Assembly: GCA_963806225.1 (NCBI GenBank)
Contig: CAWDXG010000004.1
Span: 832,001-896,000 of the forward strand
From: an uncultured delta proteobacterium
GTDB taxonomy: Bacteria; Myxococcota_A; Polyangia; Polyangiales; Polyangiaceae
Direction of reading: 5' to 3'
Length of the DNA stretch: 64,000 nucleotides
Of the stretch, positions 1-8,790 are shown in pieces; within the stretch, counting starts at the first letter, position 1; each line of letters begins with the position of its first letter. Position numbers and translations under genes: made by a program. The notes below the pieces were generated by a model. The model had not been told where the DNA came from and did not search any database. It saw only the letters and a program-made list of their open reading frames with translations.

Positions 1-32
1 CCCGCAGATCCGGGTCATCGAGCCGGCTCCGT

Positions 33-710
33 TCAGCAAGCCGGATTACCAGTGCACTTGTGGTCCGCACACTTGCAACCGCGCTGCTCGCAGAAGTTCG
101 TTTCCCAGACCGTACAGCCCTTTCCCTCCGAGCCGCAGCCGAGGCCACCGGAACAGTGGTGGTCGACGCACGCGCACGCGTAATTCCCGCAGTTCGCGGT
201 CTCCTTCGCGGTGCAACCCGTCCCGGCGCAGCCGCTGCCGCCCGAGCATGCGTGATCGACGCAGGCGCAGCCGCAAGCGAGGCAATCGTCGGTTTCCTGA
301 ACGGAGCAGCCAGTGCCGTCGCACCCAACGCCGCCGCTGCACGCCGAGTCCGCGCACAGGCAACCGAACTTGCCACAGTTGCTTGTCGTCTGGTTGTCGC
401 AGCCGCTGTTCTGCGTGAACGGACACTGAGTTGCGTCGGGCGCGGCGTCGGGTGCGGCACCCGCGCCTCCGGCTCCCGCCCCGGATCCCCCCGCGGCGGC
501 ATCCGCGTCGCCGACGCCGGCGTCCACAGCGCCCGAGCCGCCGATGCTGCCACCCGTTCCCGCGGACGACCCGGAAGCGCCTCCGCTTGCGCCGCCGGCG
601 ACCGCGCCCGGTCCCGAATAGCCGTCGAGAGAGTCGACGACGCTGCAACCGGCTACGCCGACGACAAGGACAAGCATCAGCCGAGCGACGCCGCGGCGTC
701 CAGTTCCCAC
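33..710 (-). CDS. Cys-rich repeat lipoprotein without a catalytic domain
   Basis: Lipobox-like VAGC, Gly/Ala linker, about 3.6 copies of the CxxxxCxCxDHxCSGG..GCTxxET repeat also present in 3963-6799. Confidence 0.8.
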   Translation of the reverse strand: MGTGRRGVARLMLVLVVGVAGCSVVDSLDGYSGPGAVAGGASGGASGSSAGTGGSIGGSGAVDAGVGDADAAAGGSGAGAGGAGAAPDAAPDATQCPFTQNSGCDNQTTSNCGKFGCLCADSACSGGVGCDGTGCSVQETDDCLACGCACVDHACSGGSGCAGTGCTAKETANCGNYACACVDHHCSGGLGCGSEGKGCTVWETNFCEQRGCKCADHKCTGNPAC

Positions 711-759
711 GCGAGCTAGGGTAACACGCGCACCACGCGGTCGCTACGCAGCACCACCT

Positions 760-2364
760 TCAATGCAGACACTGGAGCTTGGGCACCTTCACGCCGTCCT
801 TGTCGAGGTAGTACGGCGTGCGGCATTCGGTCGACTTCGCCGAGGGAGCGGCGGACGGCGGCGGCGTGCGGTGCGTTCGGGTCGCGTGCTTCGTCGCGAC
901 GGGATGCGGAGGCGCGGCCCCTCGAGCAGGGGGAGCGCTCGAGTCGGCGCCCGCCTCGCGCTCGCCGGACCCGGGCGCTGCGACTGGAACCGACACGCCG
1001 GAAGCCGACGCCGCGGCGGGACGAGCCGCGCTCGCCGCGAACACCGGCGACGGGGCAACAGCCCGCGGCGACGGCGTGCGCCGCGCCAGCACAGCAGTCG
1101 CCACTATCGCCATGAAGACCAGCAGAGCTCCCGAGCTCGCCAGCGCGACCAGCTTGATGCGCGCGGAGACGCCGTCCCGACGCCCGCCCCCCTCGTCGGA
1201 GCGCTGCAGTCGGACCGTCTCCGCGTCCGCCGAGGTGACGACCGTCTCCAGCGCGGGCGCCGGCGCCCTGGCGGGCGGCAGGCTCACGGGCCCGGTGTAG
1301 GAAGCCGTCACGTCCGCCGGCGGCGCGGACCGGGCTCTGCTCCCATCGACTGCCGGCTCGGGACGGGAAGCCGGCGCCTCCGGTTCCCGCTCCGGGGAAT
1401 TCCCGGGCACGTAGCCCTCGACCTCGGTCACGAGCGCCGCTCCTTCAGCGAGCTGACGCGCGCCGATGCGCGCCACCCACGCCGCCACCTCGCGCACCGG
1501 AGCGCGAGGCGCCGCCGCCTCCAGGGCGGCCGCCATGGCGGCGGCGGTGGCGAAGCGATCGCCCGGCAGGAGGGAGAGAGCGCGCATGGCGACCGCATCG
1601 AGCGCTTCGGGGACGGCCGGCTGCACACTGCGCGGTGTGCGGTACGCGCCGTCTGCCACCTGGCGCAGCACGGCTAGCTCGTCTTCCCCGTCGAACAGCC
1701 GCTCGCCAACCAGCCCCTCCCAGAGCACGGCGCCGGCTCCGAACACGTCGGTCCGCCGGTCCACCGGGCGCCGCCGCACCTGCTCCGGCGCCATGTAGCA
1801 AAGCTTCCCCTTCAGCTCTCCGGTGCGGGTGTGCTGCAGACGCTCGGTCGCCAGCGCGATCCCGAAGTCGACCATGCGCGCCGCGCCGTCGCTGCCGACC
1901 AGGATGTTCTGGGGCGACACGTCGCGGTGCACGACCGACAGCGGCTCGCCGGATTCGCTCACCGCCTCGTGGGCGGCGTGCAGGCCGGCGAGGACATCGC
2001 ACATCAAACAACTCAGGACGGACACCGGCACCCGTTCCTGCCGCTCGCGCGCAAGGCGGAGGAGCTGGCTCAACGCCAGACCCGGAATGTACTCGAGCAC
2101 CAGCAAGAGCTCGCCGGGCGCCGATATCACCTCGAAGATGGGCACGACGTTCGGGTGGCGGACGCGCGAGACCAGGCGGGCCTCGTCGATCAGCATCGCC
2201 TCGAACGACGGATCCGAAAGCAGGTCGCGGTGTAGCCTCTTGATCGCGAAGATCCGCGAGAAGCCGGCGGGTCCGATCAATCGCGCGAGATGGACGCTGG
2301 CGCTGCCGCCCCGCGCGAAGGCGTCGAACACCAGATAGCGATCGATACGGGTGGGCGCGCTCAT
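760..2364 (-). CDS. Membrane-anchored Ser/Thr protein kinase
   Basis: AIK, HRDVSPQN, DFG, YMAPE and DVFG motifs; TM segment; C-terminal C-x-PYYLDKDGVKVPKLQC tail; start set at MSAPTRI. Confidence 0.92.
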   Translation of the reverse strand: MSAPTRIDRYLVFDAFARGGSASVHLARLIGPAGFSRIFAIKRLHRDLLSDPSFEAMLIDEARLVSRVRHPNVVPIFEVISAPGELLLVLEYIPGLALSQLLRLARERQERVPVSVLSCLMCDVLAGLHAAHEAVSESGEPLSVVHRDVSPQNILVGSDGAARMVDFGIALATERLQHTRTGELKGKLCYMAPEQVRRRPVDRRTDVFGAGAVLWEGLVGERLFDGEDELAVLRQVADGAYRTPRSVQPAVPEALDAVAMRALSLLPGDRFATAAAMAAALEAAAPRAPVREVAAWVARIGARQLAEGAALVTEVEGYVPGNSPEREPEAPASRPEPAVDGSRARSAPPADVTASYTGPVSLPPARAPAPALETVVTSADAETVRLQRSDEGGGRRDGVSARIKLVALASSGALLVFMAIVATAVLARRTPSPRAVAPSPVFAASAARPAAASASGVSVPVAAPGSGEREAGADSSAPPARGAAPPHPVATKHATRTHRTPPPSAAPSAKSTECRTPYYLDKDGVKVPKLQCLH

Positions 2365-2380
2365 CGCTACGCGATCCCCT

Positions 2381-3706
2381 CTAGCGCTTCCGGAATGTTT
2401 CGGGATCGATGCCGAGCCTGCGCAGCGCCTGGTACAGCGCCGGGCGGCCGAAGCCCAGGTCGCGCGCAACCTGCGTGACGTTCCCTTCCCTGAGCAGGAG
2501 CGCTGTCTCGAGCCGCGCCCTCAGCGCCACATCCTCGACATCTGCGGCAGGTTGCGCCGGCGCTGTGCGGTCGACGACCTCCACGCTCGAGGGCAGCTGC
2601 TCGACCCCGATGCGCGGCGCACCTTGCGTCAGCGCTCGCGTGGCGGCGGCCTTCACCACGTTCCTGAGCTCGCGCACGTTGCCCGGCCAGCTCCACCCCA
2701 TCAGTCGCTCCATCGCTTCCACCGAGAAGTCGCCGCCGGCCGGGCCCAGGAAGAACCGGGCGAGCAGCGGCACGTCCTCGCGGCGGTCGCGCAGCGGCGC
2801 GATGCGAACGCGCCACGCGGCGACCCGGTGCAGCAGGTCGACGCGGAAGCGTCCCTCGGCGACCAGCTCGTCGAGGCTCAGGTTCGTCGCTGCGATCACG
2901 CGCACGTCGACGTGGTGGACCGCATCGTCGCCGACCGCCCGCACCTCGCCTCCCTCGAGCGCGCGCAGCAACTTGGCCTGGGCGGGCGCCGGCAGGTCGC
3001 CGATCTCGTCGAGCAGCAGTGTGCCGCCATCCGCCGCGCGGAACAGCCCCTGGCGCGCACCCTCCGAGCCGGAGAACGCGCCTCGCCGGTATCCGAACAG
3101 TTCTGCCTCCACGAGCTCGGTGGGTATTGCGGCGCAGTTGACCGGGACGTACTCGCCGCGTCGCCCGCTGGCCCGGTGCAGGGCTTCGGCAACCCGCTCC
3201 TTGCCGGTGCCGGTTTCACCTTCGATGAGCACCGGATCCGTCAGCGGGGCGATGCTCTCGACGAGTTGCTGCACGGCTTTCATCCGGGGTCCGCCCACAA
3301 GCAGTCCCTGGGTCTGGCTCCAGACGCCAGCAAACTGGTCGATGTCGTCGCTCACCCAGAGCAGCGTCTTGCCGCAGCGGATCGTGGAGCCCGCGCGCGC
3401 GAGAAGTCGGGGCCTGTCGATGCGCACGCCGTTGACGAACGTGCCGTTGCGGCTGCCGGCGTCCGTGACGAGGACGCCGCCACCCACCGGCTCGAGCTCG
3501 GCGTGGATGCGGGAGGCCTGGCCGTCGTCCAGGGTCAGGTCCGCGGCAGCGTCACGCCCGACCCGGACGATTTCTGCGACCAGCATCGCCGGGGGCAGCC
3601 CGGCCGGATCGGCGTGGCCCTCGCAGAAGACCGGAGTCACCCCGGGCACTCGCGGGGCCCGGGCACCGGGGAGGTCCTCGCGACGTGTCTCGGTCACATC
3701 CCGCAC
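2381..3706 (-). CDS. FHA-domain sigma54-dependent transcriptional activator
   Basis: FHA (GR, SRIH, SRNGTFVNG), Walker A GETGTGKE, GAFSG loop, WPGNVREL, Fis-type HTH. Confidence 0.93.
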   Translation of the reverse strand: MRDVTETRREDLPGARAPRVPGVTPVFCEGHADPAGLPPAMLVAEIVRVGRDAAADLTLDDGQASRIHAELEPVGGGVLVTDAGSRNGTFVNGVRIDRPRLLARAGSTIRCGKTLLWVSDDIDQFAGVWSQTQGLLVGGPRMKAVQQLVESIAPLTDPVLIEGETGTGKERVAEALHRASGRRGEYVPVNCAAIPTELVEAELFGYRRGAFSGSEGARQGLFRAADGGTLLLDEIGDLPAPAQAKLLRALEGGEVRAVGDDAVHHVDVRVIAATNLSLDELVAEGRFRVDLLHRVAAWRVRIAPLRDRREDVPLLARFFLGPAGGDFSVEAMERLMGWSWPGNVRELRNVVKAAATRALTQGAPRIGVEQLPSSVEVVDRTAPAQPAADVEDVALRARLETALLLREGNVTQVARDLGFGRPALYQALRRLGIDPETFRKR

Positions 3707-3933
3707 GGTCTCGGACCAGTCTATCCCGACCCCAGCGGCCTGTCATCGCGGCCGGCGCGCCGAACACGGCAAACGCCGATCCGCGCAGGTTCCGTGCTGT
3801 GTCGGTCGATCCGGGTGTATCGCGAACAGTGTCCGGTCACGCCGTGCCCGAAGCTCCGGCCGATCCGCACGATCGACCGATCATGCCCACCCCACGCGAG
3901 CTCGCGTCGGCCGGATTTCCGGTGGATCGCGGG

Positions 3934-3949
3934 CGGCATGTCTCGTGCA
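3934..3949 (+). promoter_or_regulatory. Candidate sigma54 -24/-12 promoter
   Basis: CGGCATGTCTCGTGCA = GG-N10-GC, ending 13 nt before the ATG at 3963, divergent from a sigma54 activator. Confidence 0.6.
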
Positions 3950-3962
3950 GTGCAGGCGGACG

Positions 3963-5237
3963 ATGCGACGTCTTGCCTGCCTCCTCGCCGCAGCCGTCCT
4001 GCTTCTGGCTTCGTCGGCCGCACGGGCTGTGACCCGCTGCGAGGTGCTCGCCCGCGCCCAGAAGTGGGTCGCTGCCCAGGTCCCGTACTCCTGGAACGCC
4101 TGGTACACCGACCCGACCACCGGCGTCTGCTGCTACCGCAGCGACTGCTCCGGATTCGTCTCGGCCGTGTGGGGACGCCCTGCGCCGGGCAACACGACCT
4201 ACAGCTTCGCCGGAGGACCCTGGGACGACGGATCGACCTACGTCATCGCCGCCTCGGACCTGCAGCCTGGCGACGCGCTGAACCACCCGGGCGATCCCAA
4301 CGCCGGCACGGGGCACGTGATGCTGTACGTTTCCGGCGACTTCAAGTCGGGTTGGGTCGAGGTCTACGAAGAGTACGGACACGGTCACCCGGCCGTGCAC
4401 CGCTGGCGCTCGATCGATCCCAGCATCTACCTGCCCATCCGCTACAAGAACATCGAGCCCTGCGAGGACTGCAACGCCGCCTGCGGCCACTACGGCTGCC
4501 AGTGCGTCGACGGGCAGTGCAGCGGCGGCTTCTGTCCCGGCACCGGCTGCACTGCCAAGGAAACCCAGGACTGCGGCAACTTCGGCTGCAACTGCGTCGA
4601 TCACCAGTGCAACGGCGGCTACTGCGCCGGCAGCGGCTGCACCGCCAAGGAGATCAACGACTGCTCCAAGTTCGGCTGCCAGTGCGTCGACCACCAGTGC
4701 TCCGGCGGCTACTGCCCCGACACCGGCTGCACCGCCAAGGAGATCAACGACTGTTCCAAGTTCGCCTGCGATTGCGTCGATCACCAGTGCTCGGGTGGCT
4801 ACGGCTGCGGCAGCAAGGGCACCGGCTGCACCGCCAAGGAAACCACCGACTGCCAGAAGTCCGGTTGCAACTGCTACGACCACAAGTGCACGGGAGGTTC
4901 CTGCTCGCCGCCGCCCTCCGGCAGTGCAGGGGCCAGCGCGGGCGGCGCGACCGGTGACGCCGCCGTCCAGCCCCCGGGCGATCAAACCGACGCCGGAGCA
5001 AGCGGCGCTGCCGGCGCGCCGTGGAGCCCGGGTCGGCACGCACGCGGCGCCGGCGGGGCGGGCGACGCGGACGCCGGGCCGCTGCCGTCGCGCGGCGAAG
5101 CCATCCCGGGCGACGGAACGGGCTGCTCGCTTGCGGGACGACCTGCGCGCCGTCCGACCGCCGCCATGCTTCTGCTCGGTGTCGCCGCGTTCGTCCGGCG
5201 CCGCCGAAAGACGCGCAGACTACGAAAGGAAAGCTGA
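3963..5237 (+). CDS. Secreted NlpC/P60-like cell-wall hydrolase with Cys-rich repeats and a MYXO-CTERM-like tail
   Basis: Signal peptide; VPY, YRSDCSGFVS, LQPGD and GHVMLY motifs; about 4.6 repeats; GCS-x-hydrophobic-RRRRK tail. Confidence 0.85.
   Translation: MRRLACLLAAAVLLLASSAARAVTRCEVLARAQKWVAAQVPYSWNAWYTDPTTGVCCYRSDCSGFVSAVWGRPAPGNTTYSFAGGPWDDGSTYVIAASDLQPGDALNHPGDPNAGTGHVMLYVSGDFKSGWVEVYEEYGHGHPAVHRWRSIDPSIYLPIRYKNIEPCEDCNAACGHYGCQCVDGQCSGGFCPGTGCTAKETQDCGNFGCNCVDHQCNGGYCAGSGCTAKEINDCSKFGCQCVDHQCSGGYCPDTGCTAKEINDCSKFACDCVDHQCSGGYGCGSKGTGCTAKETTDCQKSGCNCYDHKCTGGSCSPPPSGSAGASAGGATGDAAVQPPGDQTDAGASGAAGAPWSPGRHARGAGGAGDADAGPLPSRGEAIPGDGTGCSLAGRPARRPTAAMLLLGVAAFVRRRRKTRRLRKES
4482..4904 (+). 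repeat. Coding tandem repeat, about 90 bp (30 aa, six Cys), copy A
   Basis: Units such as CGHYGCQCVDGQCSGGFCPGTGCTAKETQD. Confidence 0.95.
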
Positions 5238-6799
5238 TGTCAACGTGGAAATACCTGATAGGACTGGTCGCGCTCGGCGCGCTCGCCGGCTGCAGCGCCG
5301 ACAACGGCCGGGCCGCCGGTGCCGGGCTGGAGCTCCGCACCACAGGTAGCGCGCTGACGAAGAAGTGCGGCGTCGACAAGTACAGCGGCCCGCAGGGCGC
5401 CGATGTCTCGTACTACCAGGGAAACTTCACGTGGACTGGCAGAGGCCTCACGTACGGCTACGCGCGCATCAGCGACGGGACCGGCTTTGTCGACCCGGTA
5501 TTCAACTACAACTGGAACGCGATGAAGGCCGCCGGAATCCTGCGCGGCGCCTACCAGTTCTTCGAGCCCGGGCAGGACGCGACGGCACAGGCCAACATGA
5601 TGGTAAGCGCCGTCGGTCAGCTCGGCGCCGGCGACTTGCCCTGCATGATCGACGTGGAAGCGACCGGCGGCCAGTCTCCCGCCACGATCGCGTCGAAGGT
5701 GAAGACCTGGCTCGACGTCGTGAAGGCCGGCACTGGCAAGACGCCCATCATCTACACCGGCGCATACTTCTGGGACGGCAGCGTGCAGAGCACCGCCTTC
5801 GGAAGCTACCCGCTGTGGATCGCTGCCTACGGTCCGAGCTGCCCGTCGGTCCCGAACGGCTGGAGCAACTGGACCTTCTGGCAGTACTGCGACGGCGAGA
5901 CCAAGTATTGCTCGAACGGCCAGGGTTTCGACCGCGATGTCTTCAACGGCACCGCGGACCAGCTCAAGGCCTTGGCCGGCGACGACTGCAGCACGGCGTG
6001 CGGCCACTACGGCTGCCAGTGCGTCGACGGACAATGCAACGGCGGCTTCTGTCCCGGCACCGGTTGCACCGCCAAGGAGACCAGCGACTGCGCGCATTTC
6101 GGCTGCAACTGCGTCGATCACCAGTGCAACGGCGGCTACTGCGCCGGCAGCGGCTGCACCGCCAAGGAGATCAACGACTGCTCCAAGTTCGGGTGCAACT
6201 GCGTCGACCATCAGTGCTCCGGCGGCTACTGCCCCGACACCGGCTGCACCGCCAAGGAGATCAACGACTGTTCCAAGTTCGCCTGCGACTGCGTCGATCA
6301 CCAGTGCTCGGGTGGCTACGGCTGCGGCAGCAAGGGCACCGGCTGCACCGCCAAGGAAACCACCGACTGCCAGAAGTCCGGTTGCAACTGCTACGACCAC
6401 AAGTGCACCGGCGGCGGCTGCTCGTCGCCCTCCGGCAGCGCCGGCGCAGGCAACCAGGGCGGAGCGCCGGGCAGCGCCGGCGCGGGCAGCCAGAGCGGAG
6501 CGCCGGGCAGCGCCGGCGCAGGCAACCCGGGGGGAACGCCGGGCGGCGCCGGCGGCGCTGCCGCGGAAGCGGGAACCGCCGCGGGCGGCGCTACGGGCCT
6601 CGTCGGCATCGGCGCGGCGGACAGCGGTGTTCACTACGCCGGCGGCCAGGCCACGCCTCCCGCGGCGGGCACGGGCGACTCGAGTGGCTGTTCGATAGCC
6701 GGGGGCGGACCCCATCCAGAACCTGCGCTGCCGGGGGCGATTCTGCTGCTGGGCGCGGCGCTCCTTGCGAGCCGACGCGAGCGCGGGGTCAGAAGCTAG
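5237..6799 (+). CDS. GH25 lysozyme/muramidase with Cys-rich repeats and a MYXO-CTERM-like tail
   Basis: GADVSYYQG, IDVE (DxE), PIIYT, LWIAAY, FWQY and DRDVFNG motifs; lipobox LAGC; TGATG overlap with the upstream gene. Confidence 0.92.
   Translation: MSTWKYLIGLVALGALAGCSADNGRAAGAGLELRTTGSALTKKCGVDKYSGPQGADVSYYQGNFTWTGRGLTYGYARISDGTGFVDPVFNYNWNAMKAAGILRGAYQFFEPGQDATAQANMMVSAVGQLGAGDLPCMIDVEATGGQSPATIASKVKTWLDVVKAGTGKTPIIYTGAYFWDGSVQSTAFGSYPLWIAAYGPSCPSVPNGWSNWTFWQYCDGETKYCSNGQGFDRDVFNGTADQLKALAGDDCSTACGHYGCQCVDGQCNGGFCPGTGCTAKETSDCAHFGCNCVDHQCNGGYCAGSGCTAKEINDCSKFGCNCVDHQCSGGYCPDTGCTAKEINDCSKFACDCVDHQCSGGYGCGSKGTGCTAKETTDCQKSGCNCYDHKCTGGGCSSPSGSAGAGNQGGAPGSAGAGSQSGAPGSAGAGNPGGTPGGAGGAAAEAGTAAGGATGLVGIGAADSGVHYAGGQATPPAAGTGDSSGCSIAGGGPHPEPALPGAILLLGAALLASRRERGVRS
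5999..6421 (+). repeat. Coding tandem repeat, about 90 bp, copy B (near-identical to copy A)
   Basis: 6098-6408 matches 4581-4891 with about 5 mismatches by eye. Confidence 0.95.
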
Positions 6800-7613
6800 C
6801 GCCGAACCAGAACCGGCCGGCGCTCGCCGACGCTTCGCCCCCTGCGTACCAGCGAGCGCCCGCCGAGGCCCGTTCCCGCTTCGTCCCCGATTGCGCGCTG
6901 AAGTAGAAGTACGCCGTTGCCGCCAGTGCGGCGATGCCGACGCCTAGCGACACGTCTGCGACGATCTGCTGTCGGCGGATGCTGTCGACGCGCTCGGGGC
7001 TACAGTGGCCCTTGCAGCTGTCCAGATCCTGCTTCTGCGCGTGGCTGGAGATCGCGAATGCGGCAAAGGTCCCGAACGACGCCGCGCTGACGCCACCCAG
7101 CACGTAGACCGGCAAGAGGCTCTGGTCATGGTCGCCGAGATCGGCCTCCAGCGTCTCGTTCTTCCGCCCTACGCGCGCGAGCCATCGCCGCTCGACCGGC
7201 TCGTGTCCCGGCGACTCGAAGCGCAGCAGGTGCTCACCGGGATCGGCCTCGATCGCGGTGCCGTCCAGCCGCTTCTGCTCCAGTCTCCCGTCCACGAACA
7301 CGCGCACGTTCGTGAGCTCCCGCGCGCCCGCGCTCGCCGACACCACCACGCTCGGAATGGAAGCGTCCACCTCACCCAGCCAGCGCATGCAGTCGGGCCG
7401 CAGCATCTCCGGGCACTGCTTCGAGCCGCACTGGATCAGGTCGCGGCGCGACTCCAGCAGTTTGCCCTCGTTGTGCAACCGCTGCGCGTTGACGTACGCC
7501 CGCGCGCACTGGCGCGCGCGGTCCGGGGCCTCTGCGCGGGCGGGCGCGGCTTCCAGCAGGGCGGCAGCCAGAATGGCGACCCATCGCTGCGCAGCGGCTC
7601 GACCTCGCGCCAT
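6789..7613 (-). CDS. Secreted/outer-membrane PEGA-type protein
   Basis: Signal peptide, helical N-domain with Cys pairs, VFVDG..ADPGEHLLRFE segment, C-terminal Phe. Confidence 0.7.
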   Translation of the reverse strand: MARGRAAAQRWVAILAAALLEAAPARAEAPDRARQCARAYVNAQRLHNEGKLLESRRDLIQCGSKQCPEMLRPDCMRWLGEVDASIPSVVVSASAGARELTNVRVFVDGRLEQKRLDGTAIEADPGEHLLRFESPGHEPVERRWLARVGRKNETLEADLGDHDQSLLPVYVLGGVSAASFGTFAAFAISSHAQKQDLDSCKGHCSPERVDSIRRQQIVADVSLGVGIAALAATAYFYFSAQSGTKRERASAGARWYAGGEASASAGRFWFGASF

Positions 7614-7857
7614 CCCGAGCACGGTATCAATCCGCTGCGGTGGCGTCTCCCTTCCAGCGCCGCGTGGAGAGCCGGCGCGCCGCGCGGGACCGGGGCCCCA
7701 CGGGGCGCGGGGCCCCGCCGGGCGGCCGGAATTCCCGGCCCCCGGACGCGGGACCGGAAGCCGGCATCGCCCGCGCTTGCCTTGCCGGGCGGCCCCCGCG
7801 CCCCAGCCCACACGCGTCGATTCGCCGCCCGCCGGGAAGATCGGCTAGGACTGCCCC

Positions 7858-8586
7858 GTGCCCGACAACTTCCCGACGCTCGAGGTGGTGGCCGCGCTGG
7901 GGCTCTGCATCGCGCTTCTGCGCACCATCCGCGTGCTGCGCTCGCTCGTGAAGATCCCGCAGGTCAACCAGCAGCTTACCGCGCTGCTGGACAAGGGCGA
8001 GCGCGACAGCGCGCTCAAGCTGTGCGCGGAGGACGACGCGGCGGCCTTTCTGCAGATGGCGCGGCGCGTGCTGCTCGAGGTGAGGCAACACACGGCCACG
8101 GAAGAGACGGAAGCCCTCCGCCACCGGCTGATGCAGGTGTTCGACCGCGAATACGCGGTCCAGGCCGAGCGGATCCAGAGCGGAAGGGCGCGCGACACGG
8201 TCGCGCTGGCCGTGCTGCTGGGCGCAATCGCCTATGCGACCGTGGCCAGGCTGGGCGTGGGCACGGTGTTCTTCGCACTGTGCGCAGCGGGCGCGCTGTT
8301 TCTGGCATGGAACGTCTGGGTGCGCGGGCGCGTGCTGTCGGAGAGCCGGCAGGCTGCGCCGTCGCTGGTGGACGCGGCGGTGCGGCTGGTGCGGCGTGCT
8401 CCGCCGCCTGCGGCGCGGCAGCGCCAGACCCGTGCGCACTGCCCGTCGTGCGGAGGAGAGCTGTCGGCATCCGGCAGCGGCGAGCTCTCGCTGGGCGGCG
8501 CGACGGCCGCGGTCGCCGGCATCGTGGTCTGCCGGAAGTGCGGGCACGTGGAAGGAAAGCTCGGGGACCCCGCAGCGCTCGGCTAG
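7858..8586 (+). CDS. Membrane protein with a C-terminal Zn-ribbon
   Basis: Three hydrophobic segments; CPSC...CRKC. Confidence 0.65.
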   Translation: MPDNFPTLEVVAALGLCIALLRTIRVLRSLVKIPQVNQQLTALLDKGERDSALKLCAEDDAAAFLQMARRVLLEVRQHTATEETEALRHRLMQVFDREYAVQAERIQSGRARDTVALAVLLGAIAYATVARLGVGTVFFALCAAGALFLAWNVWVRGRVLSESRQAAPSLVDAAVRLVRRAPPPAARQRQTRAHCPSCGGELSASGSGELSLGGATAAVAGIVVCRKCGHVEGKLGDPAALG

Positions 8587-8790
8587 CCGCCACGCGGGCC
8601 CGGCGAGCCGCCGGAGGCCGCGTACCAGGGTAACGCGACGGCACATTCCCGCCCCCCGGCGACGGCCAGGAAGTGTCCGCGGTTTGAACACTTGCGGGTG
8701 CCGGTCCGTCCACGCAATGGGCCGGCGGGGCGAAACCCTTGCTTTGCAGCCCCGGAGACGACAAGGTCCGGCACCGCCCGGCGGGTACCG

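Noticed and set aside
4581..6408. DGR template/variable repeat pair (an RT is present in the window)
   Set aside because: The differences are not adenine-specific, both copies are internal coding stalks, and the RT is group II intron type and about 22 kb away.
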